From Pseudoalteromonas tetraodonis (GTDB lineage: Bacteria > Pseudomonadota > Gammaproteobacteria > Enterobacterales > Alteromonadaceae): a stretch of 32,000 bases of DNA. The stretch lies in assembly GCF_002310835.1 (NCBI RefSeq), contig NZ_CP011042.1, positions 270,001 to 302,000 of the forward strand. The letters are read 5' to 3'. Positions 24,567-32,000 of this stretch are shown here, piece by piece. Each line of letters opens with the position of its first letter. The stretch's first letter is position 1. Position numbers and translations under genes: made by a program. The notes beneath the pieces were generated by a model, which saw only the letters and a list, made by a program, of their open reading frames with translations, ran no database searches and was not told the DNA's origin.

Positions 24567-26063
24567 ATGAGTTTTTTTAATAGCCAATTATTTAAAGATG
24601 TACAAACACAGCACATATTTAGCGACTGTAAAACGTTTGCTGATGCAACAGCGCGTGTTGATTGGCAAAGTGCCTGTAAACAGTATGAGCAAATAGCACC
24701 CCTTGATAAAACTCAATTAAGAGACTTTGTTGATGCGCATTTTATAACAACACCCTTATTAACAATGAAAGGGGCTGCAAATACCACCAGTGTAAAAGGC
24801 TACATAAACTCACTGTGGAGCGGCCTTCGACGTGAAGCCGATACACCCAAAGCTAATTCTTTACTCGCTTTAAAGCACAGCTATATTGTGCCTGGTGGAC
24901 GTTTTCAAGAAATTTATTATTGGGATAGTTACTTTACTGCGCTAGGTTTAATTGATGCAGATAAAAGTGATGTAGTAGAAGACATGCTACAAAACTTTAT
25001 AGACTTAATTAACGATTACGGCTGCATTCCAAATGGTAACCGCAGTTATTATTTATCGCGTTCACAACCGCCTATTTTAGCGCTGATGGTTGATCTTTTA
25101 TGGCAGCACACTCACAGTAAAACACATAATTTAGCTTGGCTTAAATTGTGTGTTGAAGCTTTAACAAAAGAGCACGCATTTTGGATGCAAGGAGCAGATA
25201 CACTCAGTGATACGCAAACAAGTGTAAAACGCGTGGTAACAATGCCATGTGGTGGGGTATTAAATCGCTATTGGGATGATGAGGCGGCTCCTCGCGCAGA
25301 GTCATTAAGAGAAGACTTAGCGCTTGCATCAGGGTTTAGTGATGATAAAAAAACTGAGTTTTATCGTAATATTCGTGCTGCGTGCGAATCTGGGTGGGAC
25401 TTTAGCTCGCGCTGGTTAGCCGAGTCAAACTTACTAAGCTCAATTCAAACGACAGATATTGTACCTATAGATTTAAATTGCCTACTGTACAATTTAGAAA
25501 ATCAGCTTAGTGAATGCTTTAAATTGCTTGGCAATGAGCAACAATCACAAACGTACAGCGACTATGCTGTAAAAAGAAAGTCACTTATTAATCAATATCT
25601 TTGGAGTAATGAGCAGCGTTTTTTTGTTGATTATAATCATAAGCTATCTAAGCCGTCTGCTATTTTAAGTGCAGCGGCAAGTACCCCGCTTTTTGTTAAT
25701 TTAGCCTCGCAACAGCAAGCTGAACTGGTTGCAAACGTATTGAGCGAGCAGTTTTTAAAAGTAGGTGGTATTGTAACAACGGTTGTTGATACTCCACAGC
25801 AATGGGACAGCCCGAATGGCTGGGCTCCATTACAATGGTTTGCGGTAAAAGGCTTGCGTAATTATGGTATTGATCAATTAGCTACACGCATAATGAAAAA
25901 TTGGCTAACAATGGTAGAACAAGATTTTATTGAAAATAAATGCTTGTTGGAGAAATATAACGTATGCACACCGCAACAAAAAGCCAGCGGGGGTGAATAT
26001 CAAGTACAACAAGGATTTGGTTGGACTAACGGTGTTACATCACGCTTTTATACCCTTTTATAG
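24567..26063 (+). CDS. treF: Cytoplasmic trehalase (glycoside hydrolase family 37)
   Basis: Both trehalase signatures are present: PGGRFQEIYYWDSYF and QQWDSPNGWAPLQW. There is no signal peptide. Confidence 0.92.
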   Translation: MSFFNSQLFKDVQTQHIFSDCKTFADATARVDWQSACKQYEQIAPLDKTQLRDFVDAHFITTPLLTMKGAANTTSVKGYINSLWSGLRREADTPKANSLLALKHSYIVPGGRFQEIYYWDSYFTALGLIDADKSDVVEDMLQNFIDLINDYGCIPNGNRSYYLSRSQPPILALMVDLLWQHTHSKTHNLAWLKLCVEALTKEHAFWMQGADTLSDTQTSVKRVVTMPCGGVLNRYWDDEAAPRAESLREDLALASGFSDDKKTEFYRNIRAACESGWDFSSRWLAESNLLSSIQTTDIVPIDLNCLLYNLENQLSECFKLLGNEQQSQTYSDYAVKRKSLINQYLWSNEQRFFVDYNHKLSKPSAILSAAASTPLFVNLASQQQAELVANVLSEQFLKVGGIVTTVVDTPQQWDSPNGWAPLQWFAVKGLRNYGIDQLATRIMKNWLTMVEQDFIENKCLLEKYNVCTPQQKASGGEYQVQQGFGWTNGVTSRFYTLL

Positions 26064-26166
26064 GGTAACTAAACTCATTGGCTCATACCAAAGAAGCATT
26101 GTGTTTTGTAGTTAGTTTAGGTAATGTGGCGATTGTTGTAAATCTAATGTTTCAAGGATTGGTTAT

Positions 26167-26856
26167 ATGTTAAAAAAAAGCTCAGCTTTTATTAAGACAA
26201 CGCTTCAATCGTCTTTCCATTCTCAAAACTACACAGTTATTTTAAGAACACTTCAAGCCATTTTTGGTGATATAAAAATGGACAGTACTATCCCACATAT
26301 TGATCAGCGTGGTGCTTATGACATTTTTCTAATTGATGGATCTCAAAATGATTGGCAGGACTTGATCCCAGCAGATTTAATTTGTTTGGCTAAACAGCAT
26401 AAAGTTGTGCTTTTTAATGTAGAACTAGAGCAAGTATGTGAAAAAAACTTATTAATCAATCATTTTAATGGGGTATTTTATAAATCGGCAGCAGCAGAAG
26501 ATATATTTAAAGGCTTAGTAAGAATTTCTACTGGTGAGCTTTGGTTTACTCGTAAAGTAATCTCTAAGGCCTTTAGTGATATTCTAAGTGTCGCCTCTTC
26601 GTTTAGCTCCTTAAGCGAAGATATCACATTAAATGAAGCTGACTATAAACATTTAACTAAACGAGAAAAGTCGGTTATTCATTTAATAGCACAAGGAGCG
26701 AGTAATAATAAAATAGCGGACAAACTAAACATTAGCGACCACACTGTTAAAACTCACCTTTATAGCGCATTTAAAAAAACTAATTCGCGTAATAGAGTTG
26801 AATTGGCCAATTGGGCGCAAAGATATATTTCAGTATTATTACCCGTTGAGAGCTAA
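26167..26856 (+). CDS. csgD: CsgD-like LuxR/FixJ-family curli/biofilm regulator
   Basis: NGVFYKSAAAEDIFKGLVRISTGELWF and LTKREKSVIHLIAQGASNNKIADKLNISDHTVKTHLYSAFKK closely parallel E. coli CsgD. It lies next to csgGFE. Confidence 0.85.
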   Translation: MLKKSSAFIKTTLQSSFHSQNYTVILRTLQAIFGDIKMDSTIPHIDQRGAYDIFLIDGSQNDWQDLIPADLICLAKQHKVVLFNVELEQVCEKNLLINHFNGVFYKSAAAEDIFKGLVRISTGELWFTRKVISKAFSDILSVASSFSSLSEDITLNEADYKHLTKREKSVIHLIAQGASNNKIADKLNISDHTVKTHLYSAFKKTNSRNRVELANWAQRYISVLLPVES

Positions 26857-26873
26857 TCGTTATTTGTGTTTGG

Positions 26874-28165
26874 GTAGTGTTTAGAAATCTGTGTCATTTC
26901 AGTAATATTAAGAAAACAGGAGTGACACATGACTCAATCTTTCGACTTCAACAAAGCATTAGCTGAACTTCAATCTGGTAAAGGGTTAACTGGTGAAGAT
27001 GGTGTTTTAACACCGCTAATTAAACAATTAACTGAAGCTGCACTCAGAGCAGAGCTAGAGCAGCATCTAGAATCTGATCTGCAACCAAACCGTAAGAACG
27101 GCACTAGCAAGAAAACCGTTAAATCATCTGTAGGTCAATTTGAACTTGAAACACCAAGAGACCGCGCTGGCTCCTTTGAACCGCAACTTGTTAAGAAAAA
27201 CCAAACTAAGTTAACGCCAGAAATTGACCAAAAAGTCCTATCTATGTTTGCGTTAGGCATGAGCTATCGTGATATTCGCAGTCACATTCAAGAAATGTAT
27301 GGCATTGAAGTATCAGAAGCCACAATAACCGCTGTGACTGACCAGCTAATACCAGAGCTTAAAGCGTGGCAATCTCGCAGTCTTGATGCGTTGTATCCAT
27401 TTATCTGGCTTGACGCTATTCACTATAAAATCAAGGAAAATGGTCGCTACGTTAGCAAAGCGGTTTATACTGTGCTGGGTATTAATATTGAAGGCCGTAA
27501 AGAATTACTTGGCCTCTACGTATCAGAAAGCGAAGGTGCTAACTACTGGTTATCAGTGCTGACCGATTTACATAATCGTGGCGTATCCGATATTTTAATC
27601 GCCTGTGTTGATGGACTAAAAGGTTTCCCTGAAGCCATTGGCAGTATCTATCCTGAAACAGAGGTTCAACAGTGCGTTATTCATCAAATTCGTAACTCGA
27701 TGAAGTACGTAGCCTCTAAGCACCAAAAAGCCTTTATGGCTGACTTAAAACCCGTTTATCGTGCAGCAACTAAAGATGCCGCAGAAGCAGCACTGGATGA
27801 GCTAGATGATAAATGGGGCAAGCTATATCCCATTGTTATCGACTCTTGGCGTCGTAAATGGACGAACCTGTCGGTTTACTTCAAGTACCCAGATTACGTG
27901 CGAAAAGCCATTTATACCACCAATGCTATCGAGGCGGTTCACCGCCAGTTTAGGAAATTGACCAAGACTAAAGGCGCATTCCCGAATGAAAATAGCTTGA
28001 TGAAATTATTGTATGCAGGCATATTGAACGCCTCGAAGAAATGGACAATGCCAATCCACAGTTGGAACCTGACATTGTCGCAATTAGCCATTCACTTCGA
28101 AGGTAGGTTAGATGGCGTGATAGATATTTAGCAATTTAGGCTGACACAGAATTCTGAACGCCCTC
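26874..28165 (+). mobile_element. IS256-family insertion sequence (~1.29 kb) flanked by a 7-bp direct repeat
   Basis: Terminal inverted repeats gtgtttagaaatctgtgtca (26877-26896) and tgacacagaattctgaacgc (28142-28161) match at 17/20 positions. TGTTTGG occurs at 26867-26873 and again at 28166-28172. The exact ends are uncertain by a few nt. Confidence 0.8.
26929..28131 (+). CDS. IS256-family (Mutator-type) transposase
   Basis: 400 aa with the typical blocks YPFIWLDAIHYKIKENGR, ILIACVDGLKGFPEAI and QQCVIHQIRNS. An RBS (acaggag) is present. Confidence 0.92.
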   Translation: MTQSFDFNKALAELQSGKGLTGEDGVLTPLIKQLTEAALRAELEQHLESDLQPNRKNGTSKKTVKSSVGQFELETPRDRAGSFEPQLVKKNQTKLTPEIDQKVLSMFALGMSYRDIRSHIQEMYGIEVSEATITAVTDQLIPELKAWQSRSLDALYPFIWLDAIHYKIKENGRYVSKAVYTVLGINIEGRKELLGLYVSESEGANYWLSVLTDLHNRGVSDILIACVDGLKGFPEAIGSIYPETEVQQCVIHQIRNSMKYVASKHQKAFMADLKPVYRAATKDAAEAALDELDDKWGKLYPIVIDSWRRKWTNLSVYFKYPDYVRKAIYTTNAIEAVHRQFRKLTKTKGAFPNENSLMKLLYAGILNASKKWTMPIHSWNLTLSQLAIHFEGRLDGVIDI

Positions 28166-28169
28166 TGTT

Positions 28170-28195
28170 TGGCCACATCAATGACGTTGTGGCCA
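28170..28195. other. Perfect 8-bp stem-loop between convergent csgD and csgG (possible transcript-end structure)
   Basis: tggccaca (28170-28177) pairs with tgtggcca (28188-28195) around a 10-nt loop. There is no flanking U tract on either strand. Confidence 0.35.
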
Positions 28196-28209
28196 TCTAC
28201 AAGAGTACG

Positions 28210-28983
28210 TTAAGTTGCCTGTTTAGCCCATAAGCCTTTATCAATACCTTTGGTGATAAGATCTGTAAGCGCTTTTTCTATTGCTTGCGTTACGCAAATG
28301 CTCATTGGTTCATTATCACTAAAGCCCGCCTCAGCTTCCGCCAGACGTTTATAGCTAACATACCTAAAAAAACCTGCTCGCATTTCTTGGCTCAATACTT
28401 TTTTGCTGGTGGCTACTGATAACAATACCTGGCCAGTTCTTACATCTACGGCACGTAAATAGATTGATATTGCATCTTCACGATATAGCTCTGATGCGCC
28501 AATACCAAAATATTCCATTCCTAAGCCACCCGTTTTTACATTAGTGTCGTAACTAATTATACCGCCTTCTAAAATGATTTTCGCAGTGGTTAACGGCGGT
28601 AGCTCGCCTTGATTAGGGTTAGTCGCTTGTGCCGCTCTAATAATTTTTCGCTCAGTCAAAATATTTTGCAAACCCTCACGTTCAACCGGCGTAAACCAGT
28701 CAGACTCATGTAATGCTTGCACTAGAATAGAGTTTGCACCTTGAGTGACTGCCGTTGAAAAAGAGCTAACATTAGTCTGTGGTTTATATTGACCGGTTTG
28801 ATCGCGAAATGAATAAACCGAGACTGGAATGCTGCCCGCAGGTTTAGGTAAGCTTTTTAAATCAGAAAAAACATCTGTTGGCTCTAACGTTACCGCACTT
28901 TGTTTTGACGGAGGGATTAAATTACCCATAGTAGAGCAACCACTAAGAGAAAGAGCGATTGTTATTATTATTAATTTATACAT
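28210..28983 (-). CDS. csgG: CsgG curli secretion channel lipoprotein
   Basis: Lipobox ALSLSGCS. CsgG-like core (VSVYSFRDQTGQYK..., ILEGGIISYDTNVKTGG). Its start overlaps the csgF stop (TAATG). Confidence 0.9.
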   Translation of the reverse strand: MYKLIIITIALSLSGCSTMGNLIPPSKQSAVTLEPTDVFSDLKSLPKPAGSIPVSVYSFRDQTGQYKPQTNVSSFSTAVTQGANSILVQALHESDWFTPVEREGLQNILTERKIIRAAQATNPNQGELPPLTTAKIILEGGIISYDTNVKTGGLGMEYFGIGASELYREDAISIYLRAVDVRTGQVLLSVATSKKVLSQEMRAGFFRYVSYKRLAEAEAGFSDNEPMSICVTQAIEKALTDLITKGIDKGLWAKQAT

Positions 28984-29405
28984 TATCCAAACCTCGGTAC
29001 TTCGATAACCACAACCGAGTCATCAATTACATTTGTTATTCTAACCGTGATAGTGTCGGTTGTACTGGTGATCACTTCTATTTGATAATCACCGCTCATA
29101 AAAATGGAGTCTTGATTAAAAATACTGTCTTCAATATTTTCCCCAAAAGCCATGTCGGTGATTTCTCTCACCATTCGATTTAAGTATGTCCGCTCTAATG
29201 AATCTTTAAACTGGTCTGCATACCCTTTTTCGACAACCGGCGCTTTATGTTTATTTTGTGCTTGTGCCTTACTAAGCAACATATTGGCATTGAGAGGGTT
29301 GCCACCAAAACTCGGGTTAATAGGGGTATAAATAATTTCAGTTGCGCAGACTGAAAAGCTTAAAGTTGTTATTATTGTTAATGCTATTTTTTTCATTGTT
29401 ACCAT
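28983..29405 (-). CDS. csgF: CsgF curli assembly component
   Basis: After the signal peptide comes the hallmark IYTPINPSFGGNPLNANMLLSKAQAQN. An alternative start at 29396 (MKKIALT...) is equally plausible. Confidence 0.88.
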   Translation of the reverse strand: MVTMKKIALTIITTLSFSVCATEIIYTPINPSFGGNPLNANMLLSKAQAQNKHKAPVVEKGYADQFKDSLERTYLNRMVREITDMAFGENIEDSIFNQDSIFMSGDYQIEVITSTTDTITVRITNVIDDSVVVIEVPRFG

Positions 29406-29791
29406 CCATTCAATGCCATATCAGGACTCGCTGTTTGCATATTCGATCGCGCCATGGCGTCCATTACAGAGTGCACTGCTTGCTCTACTCGCTCGTCCAA
29501 AGGCTCTAACTTTCGTCCCAAATGGGTTGCATAAATAATCTTATGATTCATTATCAAAACTAATTTAGTACCAGCACGGGGTATAACTGTTTCTTTTATT
29601 TCTACATTAAAGCCAGCTGTTGAAGGCAGTTCACGCCAATAATTTGAAAATTCACTGTAAAATTGATACCCAAAGCGACTAATACTTTTGTTTAGTAATA
29701 ATCCATCGATTTCTAAATCAGCACTGGCATTACTCAAAGGAGTAAAAAAAGTTAAAAGTATAAAAAGATAGATATATTGTTTATTTTCCAT
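29399..29791 (-). CDS. csgE: CsgE curli secretion specificity factor
   Basis: I prefer the start at 29791 (MENKQYIYLFILL...SNASA). EIDGLLLNKSISRFGYQFYSEFSNYW matches the CsgE N-terminal motif. Confidence 0.85.
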   Translation of the reverse strand: MENKQYIYLFILLTFFTPLSNASADLEIDGLLLNKSISRFGYQFYSEFSNYWRELPSTAGFNVEIKETVIPRAGTKLVLIMNHKIIYATHLGRKLEPLDERVEQAVHSVMDAMARSNMQTASPDMALNGW

Positions 29792-29802
29792 AGTTAAAAT
29801 AA

Positions 29803-29821
29803 GGGAGAGGGTTACTCTCCC
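29803..29821 (-). terminator. Intra-operon hairpin (attenuator-like) between the curlin gene and csgE
   Basis: On the coding (minus) strand the sequence is GGGAGAG-uaacc-CUCUCCC followed by UUAUUUU. It lies 12 nt after the curlin stop codon and just before the csgE start. Confidence 0.55.
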
Positions 29822-29832
29822 CATCTCATCAA

Positions 29833-31269
29833 TTACATTTGTGTAATTGTTGCTGTATTACCATCACCAAGTTGAGTGACAGAGAATGTACTGTTAAAGC
29901 CAATTGCGCTACCTTCAACAGTGTTGTAGTTACCGGTTTGAGTAACAGAGAATGAAACGTTTTCACCGCCTAATAAAAACGGTGAATCTCCAGTTCCACC
30001 TACCCAGTTACCTTCGCCTTGCTGTGCAATATCAATAGAGTGATTACTGCCTTCTACCATTAAGTCAATAACGTTAATATCACCATTTTGAGCAATATCA
30101 ATTTGGTTTGCGTTACTATCAAGGATACCCGCTAGTGTAACAATCGCCTCGTTTTGATTACCGACTTGATTAACATCAATATCGTTATCGTTTGAAGTGA
30201 GAGAAACATCAGGGTATGAAGACTGCACTAAAATTGCGTTTTCATCGCCACCTGATTGGCTAAGATCAACATCGTTACCGCTACCATTAAAGTTAGCTAA
30301 ATGAACCGAGTTAAAATCACTAACCTGGGTTACTGTAAATTCATTATTTGAACCAATGACACCCATGTATGCTTCATTAGTGTTACCAACTTGCATTGCT
30401 GTAAGCTCATTGTTATCGCCCATTAGCTCAGTAGTCGCAAGGTTTTCATCACCAATTTGATTAACTGTTACTTCATTGAATGAACCGTCAAAAAGACCAG
30501 ACTCAATAGCATTATTCGAACCTTCTTGGTCTAGTTTTATTTCATTATCATTACCAGCAATATCAGTGAATGTAACGATGTTACGTGAACCATCTTGGCT
30601 AACGTCAATGTCATTTTCGTTACCGCGTAATGAGCCTACTTTAAATTCATTCCAGGTGTCTGTTTGTTCAATTTCAATAATGTTTTCATCGCCTGATAAG
30701 CTAAGTACTTCAAATTCTTGCCACATACCAGACTGAGATGAAATAATTTCGTTACCATTACCTCTCATGTCCATGTTGTAAAACCAGTGACCGCCATTTC
30801 CTTGTTCAACGTCAATATTATTATCGCTACCAGTGATAATATTGATTGATTCATTGTTTTGAAATAATCCTTGGCCGAATTGAGAAACATAAACGCCGTT
30901 GTTATCACCCGTTATGCGCGTAATGAACCCATTAGCAACACCATCTTGTGCATAAGTTTGTTGGTTGTTATCACCTGTTGTTTCAACTTCGGCGTAATTA
31001 CCATTTTGTAATTGAGCTATTTTAACATCGTTGTTGTTACCGATTTCAGTAGCTAGTGCAGTATTGCCATCGCCATCTTGAGAGACTAATGCCGTGTTGT
31101 CAGAAAATGATTGGTTAACTGTTACAGCATTCTCAATACTTTTTACAGATACTTTAGCTGCAAGCTCAGAAGTTGAACCCGCTTTTGTTTCTGTGTTTGC
31201 GTTTGCTGTAAAGCTGGCGCCCATTGCAATTGCAATTGCACAGCTTAAAAGTGATTTATTCAATTTCAT
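29833..31269 (-). CDS. csgA: Giant curlin-repeat protein (CsgA-like major subunit, 478 aa)
   Basis: Signal peptide MKLNKSLLSCAIAIAMGASFTANA. About 18 degenerate ~22-aa units follow with the curlin pattern N-x-(A/h)-x-h-x-h-x-G-x-x-N-x-h-x-h-x-Q-x-G, for example NTALATEIGNNNDVKIAQLQNG and NLATTELMGDNNELTAMQVGNT. An RBS (aaggaga) is present. Confidence 0.85.
   Translation of the reverse strand: MKLNKSLLSCAIAIAMGASFTANANTETKAGSTSELAAKVSVKSIENAVTVNQSFSDNTALVSQDGDGNTALATEIGNNNDVKIAQLQNGNYAEVETTGDNNQQTYAQDGVANGFITRITGDNNGVYVSQFGQGLFQNNESINIITGSDNNIDVEQGNGGHWFYNMDMRGNGNEIISSQSGMWQEFEVLSLSGDENIIEIEQTDTWNEFKVGSLRGNENDIDVSQDGSRNIVTFTDIAGNDNEIKLDQEGSNNAIESGLFDGSFNEVTVNQIGDENLATTELMGDNNELTAMQVGNTNEAYMGVIGSNNEFTVTQVSDFNSVHLANFNGSGNDVDLSQSGGDENAILVQSSYPDVSLTSNDNDIDVNQVGNQNEAIVTLAGILDSNANQIDIAQNGDINVIDLMVEGSNHSIDIAQQGEGNWVGGTGDSPFLLGGENVSFSVTQTGNYNTVEGSAIGFNSTFSVTQLGDGNTATITQM
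29836..31131 (-). repeat. Protein-level curlin repeat array (~18 units), diverged at DNA level
   Basis: The repeats were parsed by eye from the translation. I saw no long identical DNA repeats. Confidence 0.7.
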
Positions 31270-31839
31270 TATTATTCTCCTTGAAAGATAAAATAAAATA
31301 CCTTGATTATTTATTAAGTTTTAAAAAGGTATTTTCGTTGCAGCATGCCGTGCTGCCATAATGTGTGATTAGCTTTTTATTCTTAAACGTAAAATGCTGT
31401 TTTAAATATGAATTAGGGTTTGGTCATTAGTACTTGTTAAGGTGGTTTGCCATTCACTAATTCATAACTGCTCAGTCACTATATTCTTCAATGAGTTCAT
31501 TTTGAATCATCTTTTTTAATGGTAATTTAAATTCATAAATTTCAATTACTTACTCGTTTAATTTGTGTTTTCTATCTATTTACATAAAAAAACCAGTAAA
31601 AAATAATTAGTTAATTACATGTTAAAAATAAGTTATTTAATTCATTAAAATGGCTGTTATTAGTGTTTTTTTACTGTATTTCTAGTTAAAAATAATGGTT
31701 TTGTTCCTGATTTTGTTTTTTTTACTTGAGTTAGTGACTGATTACCCGTTTTCTTAATGCTTGCCACGTGATTACTTAAATTCATAAACGTAAATATTTC
31801 GCTTAGTAAAGCTAAGTTAACTTAATTACGGATAAAACA

Positions 31840-32000
31840 ATGAAAACAAAATTATCTATTATTACACTTGCACTTTTACCTTGTTTAGCTGCGGCTAAAT
31901 TGCCTGATGTTAACAGTACAACTCAAAAAGTAACTGCGAGCAGTGACTCGATTATTGTTAAATATAAAAAGAATGCTTCGCCGGAAATGCGTAAGCAAGC
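31840..32000 (+). CDS. 5' part of a secreted protein (possibly a subtilisin-type protease with an I9-like propeptide); continues beyond the window
   Basis: The ATG at 31840 gives MKTKLSIITLALLPCLAAAKLPD... (a signal peptide). SSDSIIVKYKKNASPEMRKQ follows, which is reminiscent of subtilase propeptides. The function call is weak. Confidence 0.45.
   Translation, partial: MKTKLSIITLALLPCLAAAKLPDVNSTTQKVTASSDSIIVKYKKNASPEMRKQ

Noticed and set aside
26066-26120. Long-range inverted repeat (aactaaact ... agtttagg) after the trehalase gene as a possible terminator
   Set aside because: The loop is about 35 nt, the stem is short and AT-rich, and there is no U tract. It is not convincing.
29836-31131. 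Periodic sequence that could be mistaken for a CRISPR array or tandem DNA repeat
   Set aside because: The periodicity is at the protein level (curlin units) within one long ORF that has a signal peptide and an RBS. There are no conserved direct DNA repeats or spacers.

Overview
The window looks like chromosomal DNA from an AT-rich marine gammaproteobacterium. An Alteromonadales/Pseudoalteromonas-like origin is my guess from protein flavour only and is not verified. Left ~17 kb: the distal end of a type VI secretion system (T6SS) cluster. It holds the clpV 3' part, hcp, vgrG, a stand-alone PAAR gene, three unrecognised translationally coupled genes, and a 1565-aa Rhs effector whose composite C-terminal toxin ends in a WHH-type HNH nuclease, followed by a SUKH-like immunity gene. 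After that comes accessory cargo that reads like further effector/immunity modules. One is an EreA/ChaN/Tiki-fold enzyme coupled to two tandem secreted Sel1-repeat paralogs. The other is a class-3 lipase without a signal peptide, preceded by a small lipoprotein-like gene and a polytopic membrane protein. Middle: soxR with a textbook 19-bp-spacer SoxR-box promoter facing a flavodoxin-like reductase, a DsrE-like protein and an SGNH hydrolase. Next is a trehalose-utilisation locus with a frameshifted TonB-dependent receptor, a LacI-type regulator with two palindromic operators, an MFS transporter and a cytoplasmic GH37 trehalase. Right: a csgD-like regulator, an IS256-family insertion with a 7-bp target duplication, and a non-canonical curli operon (giant ~18-repeat curlin, csgE, csgF, csgG) with a ~570-bp AT-rich upstream region. 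The best candidates for something undescribed are (i) the ChaN/Tiki-fold enzyme plus tandem Sel1 pair as a possible new T6SS effector/immunity family, (ii) the unknown N-proximal half of the Rhs C-terminal toxin, and (iii) the three unrecognised genes between vgrG/PAAR and rhs. All family calls come from motif recognition by eye; no searches were run.
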